This document shows positions 27,687 to 37,553 of a DNA stretch of 64,000 bases, piece by piece. The notes beneath the pieces are model-generated. The model was not told where the DNA came from, made no database searches, and saw nothing but the letters and a program-made list of their open reading frames with translations. Within the stretch, counting starts at the first letter, position 1. The number at the start of each line of letters is the position of its first letter. The DNA is taken from positions 45,581-109,580 of the IMG/VR virus record IMGVR_UViG_3300032241_000811; one strand, written 5' to 3'. The position numbers and the translations under genes are program-made. This DNA is from a virus.

Positions 27687-29312
27687 TCACGGCTTGTAAT
27701 ATATATATATCGGCTCATATTTCAGTTTCATTTTTTTACCCCCTGCTGATGTAACTTCAACACAGTTTTTCATCATACCTTCTGTGACAGAAACTTCTTC
27801 TGTTTCTTCACCAAATACAGTGTTTTTTGTAACAATCTCTTTTTCACCTGTTTCCACAAATCTGTTACCACCGGGCATAGGTGCAAGAGTCATTTTTATT
27901 GTCGTGATGTATTTCATTCCGAGTTCTTTTAGTATATTGCAAGAATCTTCTTCCAAAGAAAGAAGTTTTCCGTCAAGTGCAATGTCAGCAATATTCCAAG
28001 CCAAGTATCTATCGTTTCGTAAATACTCAACTGCGGTTTCCAAAGTGGGTCTTAGAAATCCATCTCGCCAAGAATCATAAGTTGAAAACTTATGGCACGA
28101 TTGTTCTTTGTCGTCAGAATAAACTTCCTTATTGAAATAAGGCGGAGATGTGAAAACAAAATCTAGTTTTCCTTTATATTTTTGAAATTCAGGTTGGGTG
28201 CGCATCATTTCAGAACCACATTGGTATATTTCATATATATGTGATTTAGGAAATAAACTATTGCTTTCTCTTATATTTTGATTGAAAAAATCTGCTACTT
28301 CGTGATACTTTGTTCTTCCTGTAGTAGTATTATGATCAGTATTAGGATCAGTACCAATATAATGTATTTGTTTTTTATCGTTCATAGCCATTGCACCAAT
28401 GAGACGGCCTGCCCAGCCTGCGGAAGGATCCCAAATAATAGCGGTGTCTTGATTCTTGATTGGATTTATAAACTTTTCATATATAAATCTAGCTGTAAGA
28501 GGTGGATATTGCACAGCATATTGGCAGAACGATACTCTGAAAGCTTTCAAGCCAATAGGGAATACTTTTTGCCCCAACTTGAACCAGCGAATGCTATACT
28601 TGTTTGTCTTTGTCTTATCCACATTGACCTTGTGCTTTGCAGGCACATCAAAGTCAGCAGTTACAAAGAGGTTCTGTCTCTTAGCAAGTGCTTGATTATA
28701 GCCAGTATAGTTACCATCTTCTTTGACAGGGCAAAGCCAATAACTGTAGCCATAGTTCTCTTCAATGTTGTTCTCGGTGAACCACAAGAAAAAGTTCTCT
28801 GGTGTCGTTACTGTATAGTTTATATTGCCGGCTTGCAGTATCTCACCGACAGAAATAGGTGAGGAATAATGATAGAACGAATCACGTTTGAAGTGTCGCG
28901 TTGCATAAGTGACAAAGGTATCAAGCAGTGAATCATCTGCAAAGTAGGTATAGATAGACCTTGCTTCACCCTTTGATGAATAAGAGATTCCTGTTTTCAT
29001 CATAGTTGGAAACCAAGAGTTCACTGCATTACCAACAATAGATGTATTGCGCACAACATCCTTTTGAACCTCAAGTTCATGAACAGGAAAGGTTGTCATC
29101 TCAGTGAAGTTGTCAATGATGTCCTTCTTGCTATAGCCTACTCTGGGCGGCAAGCCTTTGTTGTCCCAAAGGTCTACCACCTTCTTGCGCATATCTATGA
29201 CCCATTGACGGAAATCTGATTGACTCATCCACAGCAATTCGTCAAATGTCTTGTTTACCTCGCTGTTGATCAGTTCATCATTTCTACCATAGAACCAGTT
29301 CTTCTCAGTCAT
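27687..29312 (-). CDS. Amino (N6A/N4C) DNA methyltransferase-like protein
   Basis: WDPSAGWAGRL SAM-binding motif followed by FTSPPYF catalytic motif. Confidence 0.82.
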   Translation of the reverse strand: MTEKNWFYGRNDELINSEVNKTFDELLWMSQSDFRQWVIDMRKKVVDLWDNKGLPPRVGYSKKDIIDNFTEMTTFPVHELEVQKDVVRNTSIVGNAVNSWFPTMMKTGISYSSKGEARSIYTYFADDSLLDTFVTYATRHFKRDSFYHYSSPISVGEILQAGNINYTVTTPENFFLWFTENNIEENYGYSYWLCPVKEDGNYTGYNQALAKRQNLFVTADFDVPAKHKVNVDKTKTNKYSIRWFKLGQKVFPIGLKAFRVSFCQYAVQYPPLTARFIYEKFINPIKNQDTAIIWDPSAGWAGRLIGAMAMNDKKQIHYIGTDPNTDHNTTTGRTKYHEVADFFNQNIRESNSLFPKSHIYEIYQCGSEMMRTQPEFQKYKGKLDFVFTSPPYFNKEVYSDDKEQSCHKFSTYDSWRDGFLRPTLETAVEYLRNDRYLAWNIADIALDGKLLSLEEDSCNILKELGMKYITTIKMTLAPMPGGNRFVETGEKEIVTKNTVFGEETEEVSVTEGMMKNCVEVTSAGGKKMKLKYEPIYIYYKP

Positions 29313-30306
29313 TTGCTATATTTCTTTCCATAAGATTTTCAAATATGTCATAGTATTCATCTGGTGTTTTTACCACACTCAGAAACTTTGTTTTGGCTTC
29401 CAAAAGCCTTTGATTGAAGTTATCACTATACGATATATAGGAAACTTTGTCAACAAAATCTTCATATGAATTGACTCTTTGCCATTCTGAGGAAACAAAT
29501 ATATTGTTGGTGTCGTAGTTTTGCCACACCAAAGGTATCATATCACAAGCTATTGCTTCAATGTAGCGTGATGTTGTTGCTTCTGGATTCATCCAGTTGA
29601 AACATAGTGTGCATTTGGATGCTTTCAGTGTGGGTATGATGTTCTTCATCTTTCCCCATTTTTGATTTCTTTCAAAGCCATAGAAGCGCCCAATGAAATA
29701 AGACTTGATGTTTTCGTTCTTGTGTATCTGTTTCAGTATTGTGTGGCGAACATCACCAGATGATTTGCCATCTATTGTCTTTCGCTTATCAGAACCCCAA
29801 TAGGCAAAGTCGTATGTCTTTTCGGTATTCTCATATAGCGTCTGTATATTCTTGATGAAGTGGTATTTCATTCCGTGAACATTGCCAAAGTCTATTTCAT
29901 CAATGACACGATAATCTATATCAAGACCAGGAAATACTTTTGTCTGATACAATTCAATGTCATCGCGCCGATCAGATCGTAGAATGATAACTCTCTTGCC
30001 GTTGATATACGGCTTTATTTGTTCAAGCTGGCTGTTTGACCGCTTCAAGTCAAGTGTATGAATGGCACCAGGAATGTGATAAGTAAACTCTGCTTCAGAT
30101 GGTATAACTATGATGTCTGCGTTTTTGATTGCTTCTATATTGCGAACGGGCTTCTGGTTGAATCCAAAGTTGTAATGGTAATACTCATGCTCAGTATGCT
30201 TCATGACATAACGAAGCATCAAGGCATAAAACGAATCCATTATGTGGTCAAGTGGTGTGACATAGTTATCACCAGAACGAAGCCTTGCAAAACAGATTTT
30301 CATCAT
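29305..30306 (-). CDS. GT-B fold protein resembling DNA beta-glucosyltransferase
   Basis: MKICFAR start, YDFAYWGS..R, TSRYIEAIACDMIPL; ATGA-coupled start at 30306. Confidence 0.55.
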   Translation of the reverse strand: MMKICFARLRSGDNYVTPLDHIMDSFYALMLRYVMKHTEHEYYHYNFGFNQKPVRNIEAIKNADIIVIPSEAEFTYHIPGAIHTLDLKRSNSQLEQIKPYINGKRVIILRSDRRDDIELYQTKVFPGLDIDYRVIDEIDFGNVHGMKYHFIKNIQTLYENTEKTYDFAYWGSDKRKTIDGKSSGDVRHTILKQIHKNENIKSYFIGRFYGFERNQKWGKMKNIIPTLKASKCTLCFNWMNPEATTSRYIEAIACDMIPLVWQNYDTNNIFVSSEWQRVNSYEDFVDKVSYISYSDNFNQRLLEAKTKFLSVVKTPDEYYDIFENLMERNIAND

Positions 30307-31094
30307 GCTCCTACATTCCAAAATAGACAAGTATCGCCAGACTTGCCGTAAATACTTTGATAATCTTTCATTATGTGCCAAGCCTTTGCATCATATGTGG
30401 GCGCAGAAGGAAACGGAGGCACATGTTCTTTTTTTACAGGCTTATCAAACTTGTAGGGAGACTTATGATAATACGCCCTACCTATATCTTCTTCTTTCAT
30501 TGTATGCCCTACAGAAACTACATGTACCATAGCCTTTGGAAATGCAAGCTGCAATGATCTTGTAAGTGTGCCTGATGAACCTACTGACCATACTTCTGTT
30601 GGTTCAATAGGCAATGATCTTGCAACTTTGATAAGACAACCAATAGCAGTATCATGTCTGACACCAATCGGCACTAACAGTTTGTTATCAGGGTCCTCTG
30701 CTACATAATCTCTTGCGCGTTTTTCAGTAACAGGAAGCATACCCATCTTGACCCAGCGCATATCTGCACCAAGTTCTATTGCTTTCTTCTGATATGGATG
30801 AAGCTTATCCATAGACCTTTCAGCCATGAATATGACAGCTTTCTTGCCATACTTGGAGCAGACATAGGGCAATGACATCTGTGCATAGCCGGTTGCTGGT
30901 GATGATCCATAAACGATTTCATTTTGCTTTGCATTGCGTATCAGATAATCAGCAGCGCGAGCCTTTGAACCTACTTCAAGCATATCATCACGAACAACAT
31001 GGATACCTTCGTGTTCAACAATAACAGGTGGGGGATTTGGGTCTTGCCAATCACCGATCAAATCTAGATAATAATCCGCTGTGTTGAAAAACAT
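30303..31094 (-). CDS. Fold-type II PLP-dependent enzyme
   Basis: VVRDD...GSKAR Schiff-base Lys, VGSSGTL phosphate loop, TYDAKAW, FWNVG. Confidence 0.8.
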   Translation of the reverse strand: MFFNTADYYLDLIGDWQDPNPPPVIVEHEGIHVVRDDMLEVGSKARAADYLIRNAKQNEIVYGSSPATGYAQMSLPYVCSKYGKKAVIFMAERSMDKLHPYQKKAIELGADMRWVKMGMLPVTEKRARDYVAEDPDNKLLVPIGVRHDTAIGCLIKVARSLPIEPTEVWSVGSSGTLTRSLQLAFPKAMVHVVSVGHTMKEEDIGRAYYHKSPYKFDKPVKKEHVPPFPSAPTYDAKAWHIMKDYQSIYGKSGDTCLFWNVGA

Positions 31095-31095
31095 A

Positions 31096-32811
31096 CTATG
31101 TTACTAACCTGCTGAAATTTTGAACCTTCTCAAAACGATATACACGATCAAACTTGTCTACAAGCTGATCGGTCTTGTGTGATATAATAAACGTATTTGT
31201 TCCGTCTGTCAAGTCTTTTATGATCTTGAGGAACTCATCTGTGCCATTTGCATCCAAGGAGCCATCAAGTATTTCATCAAGCAAAAGCAGATTGGTGTTT
31301 ACTGAGTTTTTGAGTTTTGCAATATGACGCCAAGTGAATAGCAAAGCAAGGTCAATCCTTGTTTTCTCGCCTTCGGAAAAGTTGGCATAGCTAAACTCAT
31401 CACGGTATCTGGACTTGATTACTTCCTCAAAGTTCTCATTCACATTGAAATTGACAAAGAACCCCATCTGCGACAGGTATTTGTTGACAACTTTGTTGAT
31501 GATCGGAATGTATTGCTTGATGATCTTTGTCTTGATGCCACCATCTTTGAGTAACTGTGTGGCCACATCAATCATTTGTTTGTTGAGCAGGAAGTTGTTC
31601 TTTGCTCTTTCCTTTGCTGCAATCTCATTCTCGGTTGTAGCCAGTTCTTTTTCGTTCTCTTGAATGAGTGTGTCTGAGTTCTTGATCTTGTCTATAGCAT
31701 CCTCAGTATCATTTATGGATGAAACCAAGTGCATCATCATGGACTTGTTCTTGCTGATTTCAGTATTGATATTCTGAATGCGCTTCACATACTTTTCTTT
31801 TTCGGTTATGCTGCTAAGTAGCGCATTGCTGTCAATCTCTTTAGCTTGTGCTTCTACACATTGCTTACTAATCTCTTCTGCAAGTTCAAGCACTCTCTTT
31901 GATTTGAAGTTTGCATCTATGGTTTGCTTGCATGTTGGGCATGTTTCTGAATGCTTGATGAAGTCTTTTTCTACATCAAGTCTCTTTGTATCTGCATCAA
32001 GAGTAGCAACATACTTTATCATCTGCTCATACCGTTTCTTGTCATCATCAAGGTTCAACACCTTGTTGACTAACTGTTCCTTTTCATCAATTATGATTTG
32101 CACAGCAGCAAGCAATGTCTTTTTTTGCTCATTCAGTGATGCAAGCTGTTCTTCAAGATCCTTGAGTTTGTCCTCATTGTTCTTGCGCAGGCTTGTCAAA
32201 GTCTTTTCAATGAACTTCTTCTTTTCTTCTCTTGAACCCAGTTCAATGCGGTTGCGCTCAATCAAGTCCTTGTTCTCTTGAAACCTCTGCTTCATCAATA
32301 GAGACATCACTGAAAAGATTTGAATGTCAAGCAAATCTTCAATAATGGTTCTTCTGTCAGCAGGCGACAATTGCATGAAAGGCACAAATGATGCAGAACC
32401 CAATATGACGATCTGTGAGAATGACTTCATGTTCATCTTGAGGATATATTTCTCAAGGTATTCCTGATAGTCTTTTGAAGCTGAGTCCTGGTTCAATAAC
32501 TCATCATCAACATAGATTTCAAATATGTTGGGCTTGATGCCACGAATGATCTTGTATTGCTTGCCATGTGTTTCAAACTCAATCTCAACAACACAGTCTT
32601 TGTTGTTCACACTATTGACTAATGCAGGCTTATTGATCTTGCGAAACGGCTTGCCAAACAAAACAAAAGTCAGAGCATCAAGTATGGTTGACTTACCATG
32701 CCCGTTGGCTCCAACTATAAATGATGTTTGTGCTTTGTTTAGTTCTATCTCGGTAAAAGCATTACCGGTAGATAAAAAATTCTTCCATCTAATAACTTTG
32801 AGTACAATCAT
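31096..32811 (-). CDS. 46: Recombination endonuclease ATPase subunit gp46 (Rad50/SbcC-like)
   Basis: GANGHGKST, CPTC hook, FSEGE, LLLDE. Confidence 0.97.
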   Translation of the reverse strand: MIVLKVIRWKNFLSTGNAFTEIELNKAQTSFIVGANGHGKSTILDALTFVLFGKPFRKINKPALVNSVNNKDCVVEIEFETHGKQYKIIRGIKPNIFEIYVDDELLNQDSASKDYQEYLEKYILKMNMKSFSQIVILGSASFVPFMQLSPADRRTIIEDLLDIQIFSVMSLLMKQRFQENKDLIERNRIELGSREEKKKFIEKTLTSLRKNNEDKLKDLEEQLASLNEQKKTLLAAVQIIIDEKEQLVNKVLNLDDDKKRYEQMIKYVATLDADTKRLDVEKDFIKHSETCPTCKQTIDANFKSKRVLELAEEISKQCVEAQAKEIDSNALLSSITEKEKYVKRIQNINTEISKNKSMMMHLVSSINDTEDAIDKIKNSDTLIQENEKELATTENEIAAKERAKNNFLLNKQMIDVATQLLKDGGIKTKIIKQYIPIINKVVNKYLSQMGFFVNFNVNENFEEVIKSRYRDEFSYANFSEGEKTRIDLALLFTWRHIAKLKNSVNTNLLLLDEILDGSLDANGTDEFLKIIKDLTDGTNTFIISHKTDQLVDKFDRVYRFEKVQNFSRLVT

Positions 32812-32825
32812 TACAAACCTTTGTA

Positions 32826-33905
32826 TTAGTCTATCTGTTCAAGTGACAATGCTTCCTGATAGACTTCTCGCATGTAAATTTTCATCTTATCACTTTCCAC
32901 AGGCAATGTCAAGCCCTCAATATAGGAATCAAGTATTGTCACCGTGTCTTGTGCTTCATCCACAAACTCTTCTGTTTTGGTATCAGTAAACAATGAAGCA
33001 TCTTCAACAACAGATATATCTGCTGGTGACTCTTTATATAGCTTGTCCATGAGCATGTCAAAGGCAAATGGGTTTGACTTGTTGACACACACAATCTTCA
33101 CATAGCAATCTTTATACTTGGAATAATCAGTCTCGTTTATTGTTTCTATGATGTCAGTATTCTTGACATCATCATAAGCAAGCATATGAAAAATACGGAA
33201 AGGATTGCGGACAAAATCGATTGTATTAGATACGGTATCGTATATTGAGAAGCCACGAGAATCGTTATGGTCTGACCAAACATGCTCGCCAAAAGCACCC
33301 ACATAATGAATGTTATCACGGACAGACCTATGGTGATAATGCCCTGTAAAAACATAGTCAAACCTCTGATACATTTTGTGATTAGAGCCATGATCTGATA
33401 ATAATCCTTTCTGCATTTCAAAACCATCCAACTCAAGATGAGCGCAGCATATTCTTGCTTTTGACTGCTCCATCGCTTCATAAGACGCAAGTTCGTTTGC
33501 TTTGGTGATCCAAGGCAATAGAAAGAACTGGCAGCCATCTATCTCAATATGCTGTGGTGTAGAATAGACATTGATGTTCTTATAGCGATTGCCTACAAAC
33601 TCTTCAAGCGCATTTACCTTGTAAGTGTCTTTATAGTATTCATCATGATTGCCTGCGATGATGTGCATCATGCAAAGATCATTCAAAGGCTCAAGGAAGT
33701 CTTCACGCAGCCTAGCATGAGTCAAGACATTGATATACTTTCTGCGGTCAACAAGGTCGCCCAGATGTATGATGTGCTTGATGCCATGCTCACGTATATA
33801 AGGTAGGAAAAACTCATTCATTGACTTCTTGAAGTAATCAAGAAATACGGGGCTGTCATTTCTGACGCCCCAATGAGTATCAGCGATTATTGCAATCTTT
33901 GTCAT
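32826..33905 (-). CDS. 47: Recombination endonuclease nuclease subunit gp47 (Mre11/SbcD-like)
   Basis: DTHWG, LGDLVDRRK, GNHD, GHYH. Confidence 0.97.
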   Translation of the reverse strand: MTKIAIIADTHWGVRNDSPVFLDYFKKSMNEFFLPYIREHGIKHIIHLGDLVDRRKYINVLTHARLREDFLEPLNDLCMMHIIAGNHDEYYKDTYKVNALEEFVGNRYKNINVYSTPQHIEIDGCQFFLLPWITKANELASYEAMEQSKARICCAHLELDGFEMQKGLLSDHGSNHKMYQRFDYVFTGHYHHRSVRDNIHYVGAFGEHVWSDHNDSRGFSIYDTVSNTIDFVRNPFRIFHMLAYDDVKNTDIIETINETDYSKYKDCYVKIVCVNKSNPFAFDMLMDKLYKESPADISVVEDASLFTDTKTEEFVDEAQDTVTILDSYIEGLTLPVESDKMKIYMREVYQEALSLEQID

Positions 33906-34105
33906 TATGATTTGGACTTTTTTTTTCTCTCTGTCTGATTAGCTGCTTGCAACTCTGCATCAAACTTCTTCAATGCTTTACCTATGTGGTAGCTGATTGT
34001 GTCAAGGCGCTTTCTATAGTTAGCCCTGATATAGACATTTTCCTTGCTATTCAATAGCAACTTGATGAGATGTTCCACCTGAAATGGAATTTCTTGTTCT
34101 TGCAT
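33905..34105 (-). CDS. Hypothetical protein
   Basis: 66 aa between gp55 and gp47. Confidence 0.6.
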   Translation of the reverse strand: MQEQEIPFQVEHLIKLLLNSKENVYIRANYRKRLDTISYHIGKALKKFDAELQAANQTERKKKSKS

Positions 34106-34718
34106 TTGATTTTATTTCAACCTCTTTCTTTACTATACTTTCATCATCATAAAACTTGTCAAGACCTTCCTTGACGATCTTTCTTTTGGCCTTTTTGAGT
34201 TCTTCCTTTTTCTCATACTTGCTCATAAAGTCATTTATGTTATCATACATTGGCGCTGTTAGCAAGTGATTATTATCACTATCTGTCAAAAGACTATCTT
34301 TACCATAGTTCACAATGTTTTCCTGGAAGTTCTTGTAAATGGTATATCTCTGTCTTTCTTCCTTGCTGATACGCCTTAGGAAGGCATAATACACTATTTG
34401 CGTGAAATATGCAAATGGATTATCATACTTTTCAGGATTGAAATCATTGAAATACATAATGCAGTTTTCAATACCATCCGAAATCATTTCATCACGAAAC
34501 GAATAGCTGATAAAGCAAGGCTTGTTGGATAACTTTGATGCTATACGGTATATACAGTCACCAATATAGTTGGACAGCTTGGGGTCAGGTAATCCTTTCT
34601 GTCTGTATTCCTCAACCTTCTTCTTGTGTTTCAGTATTTCATCGTAGAATGTCTTGTTATTGACATAGTGGACGACTTCTTTTTTTGCTTTAGTAATATT
34701 TTTTTCTACCTGACTCAT
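34047..34718 (-). CDS. 55: Late sigma factor gp55
   Basis: HYVNNK, YSFRDEMISDGIENC, NPFAYFTQI. Confidence 0.96.
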   Translation of the reverse strand: MSQVEKNITKAKKEVVHYVNNKTFYDEILKHKKKVEEYRQKGLPDPKLSNYIGDCIYRIASKLSNKPCFISYSFRDEMISDGIENCIMYFNDFNPEKYDNPFAYFTQIVYYAFLRRISKEERQRYTIYKNFQENIVNYGKDSLLTDSDNNHLLTAPMYDNINDFMSKYEKKEELKKAKRKIVKEGLDKFYDDESIVKKEVEIKSNARTRNSISGGTSHQVAIE

Positions 34719-34790
34719 CTTTTCTCCTTGACAAACTCAACAAACTTGTGTAAAAGGGCTATGTGCCGCCTTCAATGAATAGCTTTGGAC

Positions 34791-35087
34791 CTAGACCTTG
34801 GTTAGTGTCTGAAGCTTCCTCAACTGTTTATCTATGACTTCCTTGCGATTGGGCCACTTGATCATTGGCTTATCAGGATCTCTAGATAGGTTCTCCAGCA
34901 AAGGTGTGAAAATCTTATTTAGTGCTTGAAGCCTTGCTTTCAAGTCATCCACTTGTTCCTGTAAAGAAGAATATTCTTTATTGGTCTCAACAATCTCATC
35001 TTCATGAGCAAATGTAAATCCAAAGTCATTGTCTTCTTCTGCAAGTGTCAGGTAGTTATTCTTATTTGTGGTAGGGTTATTAGCCAT
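34791..35087 (-). CDS. Hypothetical protein (coiled coil, IKWPNR motif)
   Basis: 98 aa. Confidence 0.65.
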   Translation of the reverse strand: MANNPTTNKNNYLTLAEEDNDFGFTFAHEDEIVETNKEYSSLQEQVDDLKARLQALNKIFTPLLENLSRDPDKPMIKWPNRKEVIDKQLRKLQTLTKV

Positions 35088-35089
35088 GA

Positions 35090-35557
35090 TTAATTCAAGT
35101 TCCTCTTGTCTTTGGTTTTCTTCATCTTCTCCAAATAGCTTTCAAGCATTTCAAGGGTTTCTTCTGGAGATATATGCCCCATATCATCAACATCTTCTGA
35201 ATTGGATATGAAATTGACTCCAGCAGACTGTTCATTATCTTCAAAGTGGCTGAGTGTCTGACTGTAATACCTCATCACATCCTTAGATGGATTGCCAGCA
35301 AGTAACACATCTGTTTCCTTCAAATCAAAGTTCTGTGCATCGCATAGCTTATAGAATACCCACTGCATAAAAGCAATGGAGATATAGCCTGGATTTTTTG
35401 ATGTTGCATAGACGATCTTCAAAGGATCAATGATCTTGTATCTCTTTGATGTCTTGTTATGCTCAACCTTTGCAATGATATCTTCACCGCTTGACAGCCT
35501 TAAAAACATGATCTGTTGCTTGGTTGCTTTATTTTGTTGAAGGGGATGTGTTTTCAT
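35090..35557 (-). CDS. Conserved T4-like protein downstream of uvsW (Sm-like N-terminus)
   Basis: LRLSSGEDIIA motif; synteny. Confidence 0.65.
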   Translation of the reverse strand: MKTHPLQQNKATKQQIMFLRLSSGEDIIAKVEHNKTSKRYKIIDPLKIVYATSKNPGYISIAFMQWVFYKLCDAQNFDLKETDVLLAGNPSKDVMRYYSQTLSHFEDNEQSAGVNFISNSEDVDDMGHISPEETLEMLESYLEKMKKTKDKRNLN

Positions 35558-37067
35558 TACTATTCAATCCAATCTTATAGAGTTTGAACTTGAACTTTTC
35601 TTCGCTGAACATCTTGATGCGTTCTGCCAAGTGTTTCAAGGTGTAGTTCTCATGCTTCCTATATCTCAAATCATCTGCTATGTCAAACAATATAGCAGTT
35701 GTTTTGGTTTCACTGATACGCAAACCACGACCGATGGATTGCAGATTGCGTATGCGTGACTTGCTGGGAGAAGCAAATATGATGTTATGCAAGTTCTTTA
35801 TATTTATGCCCGTTGAAAAAGTGCCAAATGAAGCAACAATGATTGCGTCTTTTTCTAACTCAACAACTTTGCGGATATTCTCTCTGATTTCTACATCAGT
35901 GCCGCCATGCACATAGAATACCTTTCTGTCTTGCCCAGCAAGCTTTTTGGATATCATATCATTCAGTATGCTTCCATGCTTGTCAACGTATTGGTATAGT
36001 ATGAGTGTGTTACCAGATAAGGATAATGCGAGATTAGAAATGAATTTGTTTCTTGATTCATTGAGAATGATGTATTCAATCTCTTGTTGATATGTAAAGT
36101 CTTTAGCTGCCTGACATACAGAATCAGGATGTCTAAGTAATAAGCACTTGATTTGGAAGTCAGCCAAGTGTTTAGCATCCATGAGTTCTTTTGTTGTAGT
36201 GACTTTTCGTACAGTTCCAAATAGTCCTTCAAGGACCATTTTGTTTGTCTTTGTTCCATCTAGTGTTCCTGTTGTACCAATGCGATAATTTGCATTTGTG
36301 GTCCCCACCATTATATCAATCAATGACTTTGCCTTGAACTGGTGCGCTTCATCACCAATGACAAAATCAAACTGATTGAAGAAACTCTTGGGCATTTTGT
36401 AGAGAGACTGCCATGTAGAAATGGTAATAGGTTTATCTGTCAGCTTTTCCTTGCCCTGATATATTCTGTGAATGTAGCTGTCCACGTCCCATTTGTTGAG
36501 TGATGAGTAATCCTTGAAGTCTGAGTATAGCTGTTCAACAAGAGAAATTGTTGGAACAATGATTAGACCCTTCTTGAGAGACTTTCTGTTGACAAGATAA
36601 GTTGCGATCAGATATAGTATCAGAGACTTGCCTGAACCTGTGGGGCTGAGTAGCAAAGCACGCCGGGTGCGCATAGAATGAACAAAAGCTTCTAGCTGAT
36701 AGTCTCTGGGTTCATACTTGGGATTGAGTTGTTTGACAAACTCTTTGCCTTCTTCAAGAGAAAACTCTTCATCATAATCTTCATTGTCATAAGACCATTC
36801 ATAGTTGTTTTCTTCACAGTATTTTGCAATCTCAGGAACAAGCCCACGATATATCTGTCTCTTGTTGATGTCAAATAGACGTATTTTACCATCCCATAGC
36901 CTTGCCTTATACTGAGGCGTAAACTGATACCCAGGAACTTGGAATGTAAACTTTTCTCTAAGTTCATAAGCAACACCATCACTGCATTCAACAACGACAA
37001 AGACTTCATTCAGATTGTGTATGATGATTTTGGTATCAGATTCCACCAGTGAACTTCTCCCAATCAA
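35529..37067 (-). CDS. uvsW: SF2 helicase UvsW
   Basis: WDGKIRLF, SPTGSGKS, DEAH, QSIGRGLR. Confidence 0.96.
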   Translation of the reverse strand: MIGRSSLVESDTKIIIHNLNEVFVVVECSDGVAYELREKFTFQVPGYQFTPQYKARLWDGKIRLFDINKRQIYRGLVPEIAKYCEENNYEWSYDNEDYDEEFSLEEGKEFVKQLNPKYEPRDYQLEAFVHSMRTRRALLLSPTGSGKSLILYLIATYLVNRKSLKKGLIIVPTISLVEQLYSDFKDYSSLNKWDVDSYIHRIYQGKEKLTDKPITISTWQSLYKMPKSFFNQFDFVIGDEAHQFKAKSLIDIMVGTTNANYRIGTTGTLDGTKTNKMVLEGLFGTVRKVTTTKELMDAKHLADFQIKCLLLRHPDSVCQAAKDFTYQQEIEYIILNESRNKFISNLALSLSGNTLILYQYVDKHGSILNDMISKKLAGQDRKVFYVHGGTDVEIRENIRKVVELEKDAIIVASFGTFSTGINIKNLHNIIFASPSKSRIRNLQSIGRGLRISETKTTAILFDIADDLRYRKHENYTLKHLAERIKMFSEEKFKFKLYKIGLNSNENTSPSTK

Positions 37068-37485
37068 TTATGGAGCGAACCTGGAATGTGCGGTTGTTTA
37101 GTTCTTTCAAGACTGACTTGCAGAACTCAACGATTTCATCATGCATGGCTTTCTTCAATAGGATATCATTCAACTCCCTATCAGAATCAAGATAAGTTGA
37201 TATGTCTGCACGTAGAACCTTCTTCATCATAGGCTCAAGCTTATACTTAGCTAAGTCATCTGGGTTGTTCAAATCACCGTTATAATATTCCCACTTGACT
37301 CTTCTGAGATGATTGTAGTCACTCAAAGTCTTTTTCACAACCAAATTATGATGTGTCATTATACGCAGATACTTGGAATGCATAAGTGGTATTCTAGCCA
37401 GTTCTTTACCAGGCTCAGTTGTGTCAATGACAGAATCTTTTGACCATTCTTCCATCAATGTTTCAATGCTCACAGGTGGTTTCAT
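37036..37485 (-). CDS. uvsY: Recombination mediator UvsY
   Basis: WSKDSVID, IPLMHSKY, IDWEKF; synteny. Confidence 0.9.
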   Translation of the reverse strand: MKPPVSIETLMEEWSKDSVIDTTEPGKELARIPLMHSKYLRIMTHHNLVVKKTLSDYNHLRRVKWEYYNGDLNNPDDLAKYKLEPMMKKVLRADISTYLDSDRELNDILLKKAMHDEIVEFCKSVLKELNNRTFQVRSIIDWEKFTGGI

Positions 37486-37521
37486 AATATAAGACAATGC
37501 TCCAAACAAAAAATGTAATCT

Positions 37522-37550
37522 ACTATACAGGAAATATTCCTGTTTGTCAA
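37522..37550 (-). promoter_or_regulatory. Sigma70-type promoter TTGACA-N17-TATAGT (uvsY)
   Basis: 17-bp spacer with ACAGGAA/TTCCTGT dyad. Confidence 0.75.
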
Positions 37551-37553
37551 GAA

